Source: Octopus sinensis
Lineage: Eukaryota
Length of the DNA stretch: 64,000 nt
Reading direction: 5' to 3'
Assembly: GCF_006345805.1 (NCBI RefSeq)
Contig: NC_043010.1
Location: 36,332,001-36,396,000, forward strand
Below the pieces are notes generated by a model that was given only the letters and a program-made list of their open reading frames with translations, had not been told where the DNA came from and did not search any database. Below, piece by piece: positions 26,724 through 40,900 of this stretch. Position numbers and translations under genes: made by a program. Positions within the stretch are counted from its first letter, which is position 1. Each line of letters starts with the position of its first letter.

Positions 26724-27674
26724 TATAATTCTGTAACGTTTAAGTGTTTAGTATATATCAAATTAGAATAGTTTGGGTTAGCTTACACAAATCATTTTGT
26801 ATTGCAGATATTACTCATTAAACCTCACCGTGCACTTATGGCATGGAGATCAGTGCACGTCAAACGCAGCTTATATTAAAGTGTAGATTGTTACTCACTA
26901 ATCTCAGGTAAAATAATTTACACGTCACATTCTCAGCAGGTAACCTTTACTTCAAAGGTTGTTACACATCAGCATTTAATTTTTTTGTTTCCCATGTTGG
27001 TATGAATTGCATGGATTTTGGGGGATTTAAAAACGAATATTAGATAAAGCTTATTCTCAGATCCTATACTTTGAAAGATTTATTTAAGAATATGGATCAG
27101 AATTTGAAATATTAATATTGTCTGATATTTATGACTAATTATTAATGCTACTGTCTGGGAGTAGATTTAAGGTTGGAGTTAGTTTCCATTAGGTTTTATT
27201 TATATATCTTTTTAAAAATTTTCTGTAAATCAGCTACATTTACATATTTAAGAATATTTTATCAACACACTAAAACTTAGGTTTTGTGGGACTGGAATGT
27301 TTATTTTCAATAATACACACATGGAAGCCAGCAAAAGTAGATACTTGAAGAATTTGTATCGATACCATTAAAACTTGAATGTAGAGGTCTTCTTGTGTAG
27401 TTGTGCTACAGAGGAAGGAATTTCGTAGTTTCTTCAGTATTGAAAGGAATTTGAGTGTGTGTATACTTCATTCTGGATAAGTTAACAATATCATGTAAAC
27501 TCTGGTATGTGTATGCAAGTGTATTTATACAGATGTTACACACTGACATGATGTATTACCTTGTATTGTAATGTTGATCTTTGTTGCTTTTGTAGCAAAA
27601 GAAATTATTATTATTATTATTATTCATTTCAGATATGGATGTATATTACTGATTGATTTGGGTTTTTTTTTACA

Positions 27675-27691
27675 ATGGCTGATTCCACATG
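27675..27691 (+). CDS. Candidate start-codon exon (exon 27633-27691) encoding MADST+TG; may instead begin a uORF
   Basis: TTCATTTCAG acceptor at 27632, ACAATGG start context and a perfect TG|GTGAGT donor. Phase 2 matches the only frame open at the 35469 acceptor. Confidence 0.35.
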
Positions 27692-30279
27692 GTGAGTATG
27701 AATAGCGGTTCTTTTGCTTTGTTTGTGTTAGAAAGATTCTTTTCTATAGCTTTGTGTAACCTGTTCGCATTTTAAACCAGCTATATCCTACCCAAATATT
27801 CTACCCTTTTTATGTTCAGACCAGACAGATCTAGCTTCTCGTATCTGCCCTACAATGTCATTCTAAAAATATACAACTGCGTCATCAAAATGTTGAAGCT
27901 ACAAGATAAGACATGATTACTTTAAAACAAATGTGAATAAATAAGCATTACATTTGACAGAATAATCTAAATTCAAAAGAGTTAAAGACCTTTGTATTAT
28001 GCATTTTAGGCACATCACTGATCACATAATTTTCTTAGATAAAGAATAGGCATGTGCACCCTGTCTTCTCTGAATTAGTTGACTGAGACAGGCAGAAATG
28101 ATAAATGCCCCTACGATTCAGAATCACATACTTAATTTTGCTGCACCAGCTTCCTCCTTCTCTGTCTCTGTTTGCTTGACTGACATAGAGGACTGTTGGA
28201 CTACAAATCTAGCCTCATCTCTTCATATAACTTTCCTGGGTTCTGTTTCCCCTTGACTTGGCTTTGTGGGGTCAGTGGAATAAAATATATACTAGGCATG
28301 GGTTTGGCTGTGTAGTTGTAGTGTCAATACAGTTGCTAGTTCCTTATCCAGAGTCTGACAGCTGCCTCCAAAATCTGAAATTCTTTTGAGTGAGAGAAGC
28401 ATCACAAATAGAAAACTTTCTGAAAGTGATTGGGACTTTTTTTTGTTTGTTTTTTTGAAATGAAGTGTTGTGAGCAAGCAAAAAGTGTGACTCTATTAAA
28501 AATCATTATTTTGTGTGTGTTTGTGTAGCAAAGTTGGAATCAGTACTACGGCTGTCATAATTATTTTCTTTGTAAAGTAGGTGACTTCATGCATTAAAAA
28601 AACCCCAAACCGAAATATCTTTTTCTTAAGATTTGAAATCTTTTTAAAGGAATGTATACTATGCCCCCTACAATTTATAGCTAAAGTACTTCGCTTCTTA
28701 GAATGACACATTTACAGCTATGTTTTGGATATATTTTCGAAATTAAATGTGTTTTCATTTTATTACAATTTTATTTCATGTCAGGAATATTGTACATTGT
28801 GTGTGTGTGTGTTGCTGCTGCTGCTGTTGTTGTTGTTGTTGTTGTTCTTTCGAAAAATGAATGTAGATCATACATTAAAATAATGATAATGATTTATTGC
28901 TTTTGAGGTTAGGTATTCAGATTTAGTATCTTGTAATCATAATTGATTATAACCAATCCTAACCAGTACAAGCATTTGACTGTCAGACTCTTCAACGATG
29001 CAGTTAATTGATTGTAGGCATTGGCAACAAAGAAAGGTTGGTGGTGGTAGTGGTGGTTTGGGATGAGGAGCTGTTGCTTCTGGTGTGGAATTATCAAGCC
29101 AGCAGCTAAACAAAGGGATCCTTGTGCACTCGTGGAAGTGGATTTCTTCTGGGTACATATGTCACAGAAGAGAAATAGTAGTTAGGTGTCCTGTTTCCAT
29201 TGTGAGTGAAGTTTTATGTAGGCTTTCTTGATTGCACTAGCCTCTACAGGTCTAATGGCTTTTAACATTCATACATATATGCATACATACATTACAAATG
29301 TGCATTCATACATTACACATATGCATACAAATGTGCTTACATTACACATAGATATTATCATGCAGATGCATACGCACACACACACACACACACACAAGCA
29401 TACATCTATGCATTCACACACACAACACTATCATCATCACCATTATCAATTTCTTAATTTTACATTGACTTCTTCCTTACTGACTTTAGAAGAATCTTCT
29501 TGAAGCAGTGCTCTATGGGTGTTTGCCCTTCCTGACTCTAATCTTACTTTTTTCAAGTAAAGTACTTTATTTCCACGTTTGCACTTGTTGGATCTGTGAG
29601 CTGTTGGACATGTTGTTTCTGGAATATATAAACCAGTGCTCTGCAACTTTTTTTTTTACTTGCAGTACACTTATATTCTTTTCAAAATTCGGCAGCACAC
29701 CTGAGCTAAAAATATAACTAAAAGTGTGTGTGTGGGGGGATTATTTTCAGGTTACACTGTGGCACACCTAGCATCATCTCATGACACACCAGTGTGCTGC
29801 AGTATACAGATTGCAGGGAACACTGATGAGGACAAATGCTACCACTGCCCAAGCACTGCTGATGCAAAGACACATGAAGACATACATATAAACTGGCTTC
29901 CATACATTTCTGTCATATTTCACTCACAAAAGCATTGGGCAACACAAGTCTATAATTGAAGATACTTGCCCAAGGTACCATACAATGCAATTGATCCCAA
30001 AACCACATGGTTGAAATGTGCAGTTATATCCTGTGTCTAGCCTAAATATATGAATGGAAACTATGCAGAAGCATATATACATAGGCATGCATGTGTGTTT
30101 ATGTTTGTAAACAGCAGTATAAATCAACGAATGTGTCACTAAAAGGAAGTAACTATCTTTAAAAAATATGCTGTAATGGAATGGGATGAACTTGACCAGC
30201 TGGTAAAGAGAGGTTGACATTGATAAAATGAGAACCAAATTAAATACCTGTGTATGTGTGATGGGTGGGGCATGATTTA

Positions 30280-30665
30280 ACTCTTTTACTTCAGTCATTG
30301 GATTGCAGCCATGCTGGGGCAATACCTTGAAGGGTTCAGTCAGACAGATCAACTCCAGTACCTATCTTTTAAGTGTGGTACTTCTTCTGTTGGTCTCTGT
30401 TTGGCTGAACCGCTGAGCTGCAGAGAATGTAAACAAACCAACATTGGTTGCCAAGCAGTGATGGGGGAACAAACACAAAGAAATGTGCATGCACACGCGT
30501 GCGCGCACACCCACCCACACACGTGCGCGATGGTCTTCTTTCAGTTTCCATCTACCAAATCCACCCACAAGGCTTTGGTTGACCCAAGGCTATAGTAGAA
30601 GACATTAGCCCATGATGTCACACAGAGGGATTGAACCCAGAACCATGTGGTTGGGATGCCAGTTT
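30280..30665 (-). mobile_element. Degraded family-A SINE
   Basis: Antisense copy with CpG decay. Confidence 0.75.
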
Positions 30666-31415
30666 TTTTTACCACACCTAGGAAAGATTATCTGTCAGAC
30701 ATTTTTAATAAAGTAAGAACAAAAGAAAAGAGCATTTCTATTTTCTGTCCTGACATTCTGATAATCCCTGTTTCCAGATATTTATATGTGGATAATTTCT
30801 CAATTTCATTTAAAGATACATTATTATTTTTTGGAATCAGTGCTTCAGTGAAGTTGTGTTCCCTTCATCGTGGTCCTTCATGACAATATTTGGTTGATTA
30901 AACCTTGAGCTTATTGTCTCTGTACTAGCATATTCCAGACTATGATCATTTCATCAATCTATTTTCCTTACTTTAATGTATCATATACTTTTTGCTTGTG
31001 AATGTATCACATGTTCTGCATATGACAATTCAGTTGATAAAAATCTAATGCATTTTCTACTTGTTGTTTTGAAACCAATCGAATCTCGATGACTTGGCAT
31101 TTTTGCTTATATCTTGTCATGTTAGCCTCTTTAATTATTTTAATAATCAGCTATGTGAAACTCAGAGTAATAATTCAAGATCCTACCTAATAAGATATAC
31201 TAACTCTATGTATTGAGTACTTTTGCGTTTGTAAACACAGACATTCACCATTCCACACATATACATGCACTTAAGCATAGACAAGCATAAAAGAAGAAAT
31301 GATGTGTATATGTATCCATGCATGCACGTGCAATAGTCAGGCTGTTCAGTAGAAACACAACAAGCAGCTGAATAAATGGTTGCAGCGGAAAATTGATCTT
31401 TTCCCGCTATTGATG

Positions 31416-31455
<40 letters not shown>

Positions 31456-32419
31456 TGTGTGTGTGGAATTTTTGTGCTATTATTTATTTACCCCATTTTA
31501 CCCCCACCCCCACCCCACAGCTTCCCATTTCAGTAATTATCTACACATATCATCTGCGTTATAAATATTGTTTGCACTCACTTCAGAAATTAGTTAGACG
31601 AACAACTTAGTCATACTCATAAAACTGAGCAGTGAAGGGAAGTAATTTCAGTTTTATTCCATCCACCCATCCATTAACCTCATTTTGAAAACCATATGAA
31701 AGGCTGGAGAGATATAACTGCTGTCAGTTTCAAACTTTCACAGGATGTCTTTCGATAGGTCATAACCTCATGCTGAGTTATGGATTGAAAAGTCAAGAAG
31801 TGCAATTCTGACTCGACACTGTCCTGACTTTACGACCAAAATCTCCACTGTCTAGTAATGGTTTGAAATTGACAGAAACATTTGTGCTTTGAATTTTTAA
31901 TATGTTTTTTTTTGAAATTATATAATTTAGCTCTACATTGTGTGTGTGGATTGGATTGGATTAGATTCCCTATATTCAGTCCGGTGCAGGACTAAGACTT
32001 CAGTATGTTCTTTCCACCAACCATGGTCTGATAAGGAGTCCTTGAATTTGAGCTTGAGATCACACTGGTTTGATGAGCCTACTCTGTCACACTGGCTCAA
32101 CGTATCTTGGCAGAGGGGGAGCAACTTTTTTACTCTTGCCCAGGAGTAGTTAAGTTGATTACATTCAACCCCAGTGCTTAATTGGTACTTATTTTAATTA
32201 CCCCTGAAGCAATGAAAGGCAAAGTTGACCTCAGTGGAATTCGAATTCAGAATGTAAAGACGGATGAAATACTGCTGAGCATTTTGCCCAGAATTCTAAT
32301 GATTCTGCCCACTCGCCGTGTGTGTGTGTGTGTGCGTGTGTGTGTGTGTACGTGTGTACATATAAGGTGAGTGAACAGAATCATTAGCATGCTGGGCAAA
32401 ATGCTTAGCAGTATTTTGT

Positions 32420-32455
<36 letters not shown>

Positions 32456-33732
32456 ACACACACACACACATTACTGGTGATGTTATGGAAGGAGTTAGTT
32501 GTAGTATTGAACATGGTAGTAGGTATTTCTGTTTCATATTTTGTGCAAAACGAAAGGTGTGTGTGTATGAGGGTGTGTGTGGAGAAAGTGACGTATATTG
32601 CTGATGTTTGATCAAATGCATCCCAATCATGACAATCCAGCTTGTTATTAATGTCATATATCTAGAACTGCATTATCCAGTGTGTTGTTTTTTTTTTGGG
32701 TGATATTAGGGTATAATTTGAAGGGGATTTGGTTGGTATTTCTAGCAGCTGTATCACAGTTCCCTAGTTGGTTTGTGTACTCGGATGATGGATCAAGGGA
32801 TGGGAGAGGAAAAGATGAAGGGGGAAGTAAACCCTTTTAGTTGTAAATAATTATAGGGTAAGCCTGCTTAGGGAACAGTTTTGAGTTGAAAGTGATAAAA
32901 AGAAAGAGTCAACAGTGAGAGAGAGGGATGTTACATGAGATCATTTCATATCCCCTCCTCCACCCCCATCAAATTATTTCTCATTTCTATGAGTCCCCAC
33001 ACCCACTTTTTTTAAAGTCTATCCCCATCTCAATTCAGACTTCCCTCTTTTCTTTCTTCTCCAGTGATTACTGCTAAAAGCTTAAAAAATAAACGGAAAT
33101 CAGTTCCACAACCATTGATATTTTCCTCCTCTTGCTTTGTTAATCTCCTTTCAGTTGTTGTTTCCTTTAACTAGGCAGAGAGATAGACAGACAGACAGAT
33201 AGATAAAGGGGGAAATAGGGAGAAAGATGCAAAAATGAGAGAAAGAGACAATGTGAGTTGGTCAGGAAGATGGGTAGGAGAAGATATGTTGTCAAATAAA
33301 GTACTGAGACTGAAAAGGTAAGAAGTCGGTGAAAAGAAGCATAAAAAGATGGTGAGAGGTTGGAGAGAGGGAGAGAGAAAACAAGAGATTGTGAAGTGCG
33401 ATAGAGGCAGAAACGAAGACAGGAATGAGAAGAAAATGAGAGATTGGTTGTAAGAGAGACAGGAAAAAAGAAAATGATGTGAAGAGATAAGCTAGCTATA
33501 AAGGGGGGAGAGTAGAGATTTTGATAGAGAAAAGGCTGACATGAAAATTAAGTGCTTTGTTATTTCAATTGAGTGGTAGTTTAATCATGTTGTCAGGAAA
33601 CCAGTAAATTGCTTCTCCTTTAACTAAACCAGTGAGTTAGTTAACTTGCTTACTCATTTGTGCTCGCTGATCTGTTTGTCACTCTGACAGTATTTTTTAA
33701 ATCTTTTGTCATTTCACTATCCCTAACAAGTG

Positions 33733-33766
<34 letters not shown>

Positions 33767-34199
33767 GTAAGAGGGAGAGAGAGAGAGAGTGTCAGCTATC
33801 AGATATGTTTGTTTATATATAGTCCTTAACTATATGAAGTGAGTTAGCAAGGGTCTCTTTGATTGTACAATGCAGTGTCACACAGAATTATAGCACTATC
33901 TTCTCTACAACTTTTATTGAATTTACATTGGTACAATTTTTTTCTGTGGCATCCATTTTAAAACTTGCATGAGTTTGGCTGTAGAGCTGCCCAACTTCAA
34001 GCACCTATTCTGTCTTAACTTGGTACTTTACAAGTTTATTTTGCAACAGTTGCAAGAAACTATGTGATCAACTGGTTCAAGCAAGAGACCAAACCCAGAT
34101 ATAAATTAATAGCCTCACTAAATTGAAACAGTTCTCACCTAAAGATTGCAACAGCATGAAACTTGTTTCCTAAGATAAACATTCAGTTTAAATAAATTA

Positions 34200-34950
34200 T
34201 TGGGTTGGCTAAAAAGAAGTCTGCTTTTTTTAAGTGAAAATGCAACACAAGTTTGAAACACAGCGAATTCTTCAATCAATGATATAATTATTATTTTGTT
34301 CAAGTATCTTATGCTATCTTGTAGGCAAATTCATTATTCTTGGCTCAAAGAATTTCCAGTCTTTACTGGCAGAAAACTCTTCCAGGTGGATATTTACATC
34401 CTCACAGAGTTGGTCTGTCCATTCAATGAATTTTGAAGAGACCAAAGCCTGTGGAAATCTGAAGGTGCAAAGTCAAGCAAATATGGAGGGTGCAGCAAAA
34501 CTTCATAGACCCCCCCCCAGTAACTTCTGCATTTGCAAAGAATTCTGTGGTCTGGCACTGTTGTGATGAAAGACAATGACCTTACGAATAATCAGTACTG
34601 GACACTTCTGGTGGACCACTGCATTTAATTTGTCCAGGTGGTTACAGTACACATCTGAATTTATAGTTCTATTCAGGGGAAGAACCTCTTAAAAGACAAT
34701 ATCTTTTCAGTCTCATTAAATTGAAAGCATAACCTTCAATGGGTGAAGTCTGCCTTGGAGAGTGGGTGTGGTGGTTCACTGCACTTCTTTCAACACACAC
34801 TATGATGCTCCCATATCATCAGCCACTAAGGGACATGCTCAACTGGTTAAGTTCAAACAACTGACAAGAAAATCTGTGGTATTGAGCAGAATATTTGCTG
34901 TAGCCCATCTTTTATACCAAGACAAAACAATGTACATGATAACACTTCCA
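34200..34950 (-). mobile_element. Decayed mariner transposon (transposase C-terminal relic plus one TIR)
   Basis: HPPYLLDFAPSDFHRLWSLQNSLNG matches the mariner HPPYSPDLAPSDY.LF.sL motif. TA-TTGGGTTGGCTAAAAAG TIR-like end at 34198-34217. Confidence 0.75.
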
Positions 34951-35098
34951 ATCAGTTAAGATTAGCAGCCATGAGAGCCACTGTCTGGTACTGCATAAGG
35001 GCATATAAAAGGACAAAATCCTTTGTAACTTTCATCCTGTGTTTAGTCCCTTTATGTTTTAATTGACTTTTGTTAGCCCTTGTGGCCATTAAACAAAC

Positions 35099-35100
35099 GA

Positions 35101-35154
<54 letters not shown>

Positions 35155-35168
35155 CATTATTATTATTA

Positions 35169-35210
<42 letters not shown>
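35099..35210. repeat. Long (TAT)n microsatellite with CAT variants; source of the poly-Tyr ORF
   Basis: Directly visible. A second tract lies at about 35361-35412. Confidence 0.95.
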
Positions 35211-35211
<1 letters not shown>

Positions 35212-35363
35212 TTTATTTTTTCTTTTAAATTTGCTTCCATTTCTTGCCGAGTGTCTTCCCGACTCCTAGGGCAAAGAAACTCATAGTATACATTGGTAGG
35301 CCATTAAACCAAACTCAATAGTTCATTAATTTTTTTTTTTTTAAAGTTAAATTATTATCATTA

Positions 35364-35412
<49 letters not shown>

Positions 35413-35567
35413 GTTGCTGTTGTTGTTACTATTATTGTTTATTAATGTTGTTTTCCTTCTCTCTTCAGGTTGCTGCTGATGTCTCAGCTTACCAGTGTTG
35501 AATGGACATACTCTACACAGAATGTTGGTAATTTCTCCCAGCTTCTCTGTACTTCATTTCCCGTCAA

Positions 35568-36020
35568 ATGCTGCAGTTTGGAAATGTCTCAGTAAACTAG
35601 AAACTACTTGGCTGGAGTCTTGGCAACAACTACATCAACGCTACTACTGCCACCACCACTACCACCACCACCATTACAGCCACCCATAGTAACAGGATCA
35701 TTAACAAGACTAACAGCACAAACATCATCATCATCAACAACAACAACAAAAATATCACAACTGCTATCAAAGACCACAACAGAAGTAACAGCACTTCTCC
35801 TCCTCTTACTACAACTACTACTACTACCCCTGTCAGAATCACCAACACCGGGACTGCCGCCGCCACTGACACCAACAACAAGAACAGTTGTTTCAGAGGT
35901 GATGACAACAATTACAGCAACAAAAACAACAGCATCAGTACCAATATCAACAGCAGCGGCAGCAGCAGCAGCAACAACAACAACAGCAGCAGCAGCAACC
36001 AGAAGCACAAGTGTGAACAG
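35568..36020 (+). CDS. Possible N-terminal extension of the Ski/Dach-like protein, interrupted by one TAG (35598-35600)
   Basis: ATG 35568 is in frame with ATG 36021. The frame is open from 35601 onward with the same Thr/Asn/Ser-rich composition. Confidence 0.35.
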
Positions 36021-37985
36021 ATGAGTCAAGCTGTTAGCGACAGAACCGGTGACACCAAATGCAAAGTGTCTGTGACCACTAATGCGACTACCACTACTAC
36101 CGCTACCACCACCACTATTGCTACTGCCATCACTACCATTACTACCACCTCACCAAATCTAGATACCAATAATAATAATAACAATAATAGTCTTGCTAAC
36201 ACTGCTGTCAACAGCAACAACAACATAAGCACCCTTCTTACCTCCACTAGCGCCACCACTATTCCTAGTACTCCAACTACCACCTCTGCTTACATCATCG
36301 ACGACAGCACCAACATCATCAAGAGCAGTACTATTAGTGCTTGTAGCAGTGGTAGTATCACCAGTGGCAATAATAATAGTGGCAGCAGCAGCAGTAGTAG
36401 TGCCAGTGACTGTGGTGGCACTGGTTTCGGTGGTAGTGGTGGCAGTGGTAGATATCGGTTCAGTGAGCCATCGTTAGTTACGGCCTTGACAAAAGCTGAA
36501 CCAGTTAACCCGTTGCTGGCAACGCTTGGTGTGAAACCACCGCCACCGACCCGACAGGCAAGGAACGGGGTGGTTCGGTCACCAAACTCTTGTGCCATAA
36601 TCACTGCCACCACCACCACCACTAATAACAACAACAGCAACAACAATAATACTTGTAGCACTGCCAACACCAGCACAAACAGCAACTGTAATAAAAGCAA
36701 GTGCAGCAGTTTTGTTGACATTTACAAAAAGCAGCTTGCATTTTTGGTGCAGCAGTCTGGTGACAGCAAGAGCAGCGCCGGTGGAAGCAGCAAGAAACCA
36801 ACGGAACTGTTGGATAAAAAGAAAAGGGTAACAGACACCATTCCGCCAACTTCCACCCCAGGTTCACCTCCAACTCCAGCATCTCTACAGCCACTGCAGC
36901 CTTCGTCTTTACCATCTCCACTGCAGGCGGCACCGCTTCCAGCAGCTGTTGCAGAGTGTCACCAGGTCGTGACGAAGTCAAGCAGCAGCAGCAGCAGCGG
37001 CACCGAGAGCCACAGTGGCAGTGGTCGCAACAATTGCAATAACAGCAGAAAGACTAGTGATCCTCAGTGTCAGGAAGTGACTTCATCCCGGTTGCTCTCT
37101 GACCGTTTGCCCTCAATTTCTTCAATCACCACAGCCCTTTCACCTTCACCTTCACCTTCCCCTGCCGTCCTGCCCTCGCCCCTGACATCCCCTCTGCCCA
37201 GCCTAACTGATGAGAAGGACAGCTGTTGCACTACACGCAATCAGAGTCATTACAAAAACACTGGCAACGGTGGCTACTGCAACAAAAACAACAGCACTGA
37301 CGCCACTGGTACCACTCTGAACCACAACCACAACCATCATCACCACCACAACAGCACCAACACAGACACTGCTGCATGCTTTGATCATGTTAGTACAACA
37401 TTTGTAGATAATAAATTTAGCACAGAAAACAACAATAACCACAGTACTAAGTTGGGTCCATCCCTTCTCAGCAAGAATACTCAACACAACAACAACAACA
37501 ACAGTAGGGAGTCTTTCTTTGAAGATCAGCAAAGACCTGTCGTCACACCATTGCACGTCATCGACAGCAAGTGTGATGGCAGTAAGACTAAGACATTGCA
37601 GCAACAGCAGCAGAAACAACATCAGTCATTACAACCACCACCACTACAACAACAACAACAACAACAAAAACTGCAACTACAAACAGAACAACTGCAAGAA
37701 AAGCAAATGCCACCTACAGCCAAGCATCTTGTAGCAACAACAAGAACAACTGCCATAGCAGCTGCAGCAGTCAACAGAAGCAGTGGAGCAACAAGTGATG
37801 AAGAGTTTCATCCATCACTCTCTTTGATATCTTCAGCAGCCTCAGCATCAGCTTCTTGCCAGCAGCAAGATGACAGAAGACAAAGAAATGTCTTGTATAC
37901 GACAACAACAACAACAGCAACGTCTCTGTCATCACCACCACCACCACTATCAACAAAAGCAGTAGAAGCAACAACAACAACAACA
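36021..37985 (+). CDS. Giant exon, segment 1: low-complexity T/S/N/Q/P N-terminal region of a Ski/Sno/Dach-like protein
   Basis: 696-aa ORF free of SINEs. It joins the next frame if one A is added to the (ACA)n run at 37986. Confidence 0.7.
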
Positions 37986-40900
37986 CAACAACAACAACAA
38001 CAACAACAATACCAGCATCATCAGCTTTGTCGTCGTCGTCGTTGTCGTCGTCATCATCATTATCATCCTCCTCCTTGTCATCAACATTGTCATCAACAGC
38101 TGCAAAAATAACTGCAACAGAAGCATCAAAAGTGTCTGCAGTAACAACAGGTTCAGTTTCAGCAATAACAGTTTCAACACCAGCAGTAACTGCAACAGCA
38201 ACATCAATAACAACAACAACAGCGTCATTACCATCACCACCATCATCTTCATCATCATCATTTTCATCAACTGTGCAAAAACAGCTGAAGATTATTTCTG
38301 CTATCAACAACAATAGTACTACCAACAACAACAACAACAACAACACACCCCCTTCCAACAGTATTGTGACTATCAGTAGCAGCAGGACTAATACTAACAT
38401 TAGCACTACTGCCCTTAAGACTCAGGCTGCGGGAGATGTACATTCGGCTGTAGCGTCAGTCGAAGGTGGAATGAGCAGGAAGCGCACTGCTGCTGGGACT
38501 ACTGTTGTGTCCAGTGGAGCCAGTGGTGTGAAGCGAATGATGTGCAAAGTGAGCAGCAGCACTGGAGGCGGTGATAGCGGTGGTGGTGGCAGCAGTGCTG
38601 GTAGTGGTAGCACTAACAGAGATACAGGAATATTAGTAGTGACACCTGAATTCACTGCTTCGGGCGAAACGGCATTTGAAGAGATTGCAAGGAGCTACAG
38701 TACCCCAACAGATAATAGCGGTCCAGGAAATTCCCTTGCTGCTGCCGCCCCTGAGGCCATCTCCAACACTGCAACCACCCCTGATTTTCCTGTTGTCGTC
38801 CTACCCCATGCTACTTCACCTCAAAATGCTGTCGACTCTGTCACAAGCCTTGCAGGTATAAGCAGCATCGGTGATGCTAGTGGTAACAGCAGCAGCAATA
38901 TTGGTAACCCCAACCACCACAGTAACATTCATAGTAACCAGGACATTGATAAAACTCAAACAGCTATCGGTTTGAATCCTACCACTGGCCTTACAACCAA
39001 CACTGCAACTGAAATCGTTACATTCACCACTTATACCACTACTGCCATCGCCCCTACCACTAACAATGACTCTAACGTCCTTGCTACTAACACAAGTACT
39101 TTGTGTTCACTTTCTAGTTGCATTGACACTGGTTCAAATAGCTGTTTAGGCAATGAGGTTGGCTCTGAAGCACAACAGTCACAACCACCACCAACACCAC
39201 AACAACAGAAACAACTATCACCACCACTTCCTCTACAGCAAAATCAACTGTCATCACCACTACCACTAAGACAAAATCAATTGTCACAACTAACACTACA
39301 ACAACAAAAACTATCACTACAACCACCACTACAACAAAACCAGTTGACACCATCACCACTACAACAAAAGCTACCAACAGCAACAACACCACTGAAACAG
39401 CAAACACAACCATCACTACAACCACAGGAACCATTGGCATCCCTATCATTACAACAACAACAACAACAACCACGACTGCATCAAATACCATCACCTGAAC
39501 AACTTGAGCAACTACCACAACAAGAGGACAGAGAAAATAACATTGTGTTGGTGCCTGTTTCAAATGATGAAATTGTGACACAACAGCAACAGCAGTCACA
39601 GTTACTGATGATGATGCACCAAAAATGTGACACAGACATTAACAACAGAGACAGCCTCCCCAGCAGTAACACATACAGTGCAGCGAGACTGGCTGCAGCC
39701 ACCAACACCTCCACCACCAATGTCAGCAGCACTTGCACCTTCACCACTGCCACCACTATCACTATGAATAACACCAATATCAACACTTCTCAAATCATAT
39801 CACCACCATTACTACAGTGTTCACAGCCATTACCACCACCACCACTGTCTGCACCATTGTTAACAACTACCACACCAGCCACTTTCAGCAACCATGCATT
39901 GGACACTTTCCTCAGTCCACTTCACACAGACAGTACAATTGTTCCTGTCACAAATAGCACCTGTATTTTTCCAACATCACTGTCAACGTCATCCTCCTCT
40001 TCATCATCCTCATCCCCCTCTTCCTCAACTCCTTCTCTGTCATCTCCAGCCTTGTTTTCTCTGCTTCCTCCATCATCTATAGTCTCCTCTTCACAAACTG
40101 TCAGCGTACCACTACAGAATACCTCGACAAAACAAACCAACTCCATTTTGACATCGCAAGATGCTTCTTTGTTTCTCAGCAGAAGCAACGCAGAACCTTC
40201 AGTTCAATCGGCAATGGTAATGCCACCATCTACTCCAATTCAGTGTCAAGTAATGCCAACAACAGAAGCAGCTTCTTCTGACTGCAGTAGCGATGAAAAC
40301 TCCTATGATGGCTGTGCAAGCAGTGAGCCTTCTTCAAAACCGGATATAGATTCTCCAGAGTCGTTTGTTGCCTCAACTCAAACTGGGTTCGATAACAGTG
40401 AGCATGACGAAAGCACAGAAGACAGCATTGGCAACAGTGCCAGTTATACTGGGATATCGTCATCGGTATATGCTAAAGACAACATTTCAAAAGTTTTAGA
40501 CAGCCATTACAAAAGGATAAAAGACCCAGCCTTGAAGAGTACTTATGATATGGAGTATGGCATGAAACTCTGTCAGGACTTCTGCATCAAAGATGGCAGC
40601 AATTTTGCTCGAGATGTGCTTTTGCACTCAAGTGTTGACCACATGTGCAAGTCCTACAATGTTGATGATGATGATGGTGAAGATGATGACAATGTATATA
40701 AATATTCTTTCTCCTTGCCGAGCAAGAAAAACATAGATGCTCTTGACTGTAAGAAAACATCACCAACTTCTGGTCTTGTCAGTGATTTGCTGAGGTGTAC
40801 CACTGCCATTGCTGATGATCACTCTTATTGTTGGTCAGTGTCGAAGACACAAGAACCAGAATCGCTCTTGCGAGACGCGTATCCGTGTGATGATGAAGTG

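Noticed and set aside
32950-33540. Pyrimidine-rich then purine-rich blocks as a triplex or hairpin
   Set aside because: Compositional only, with no true mirror or inverted sequence match. Similar blocks occur at 54.3-55.0 kb.
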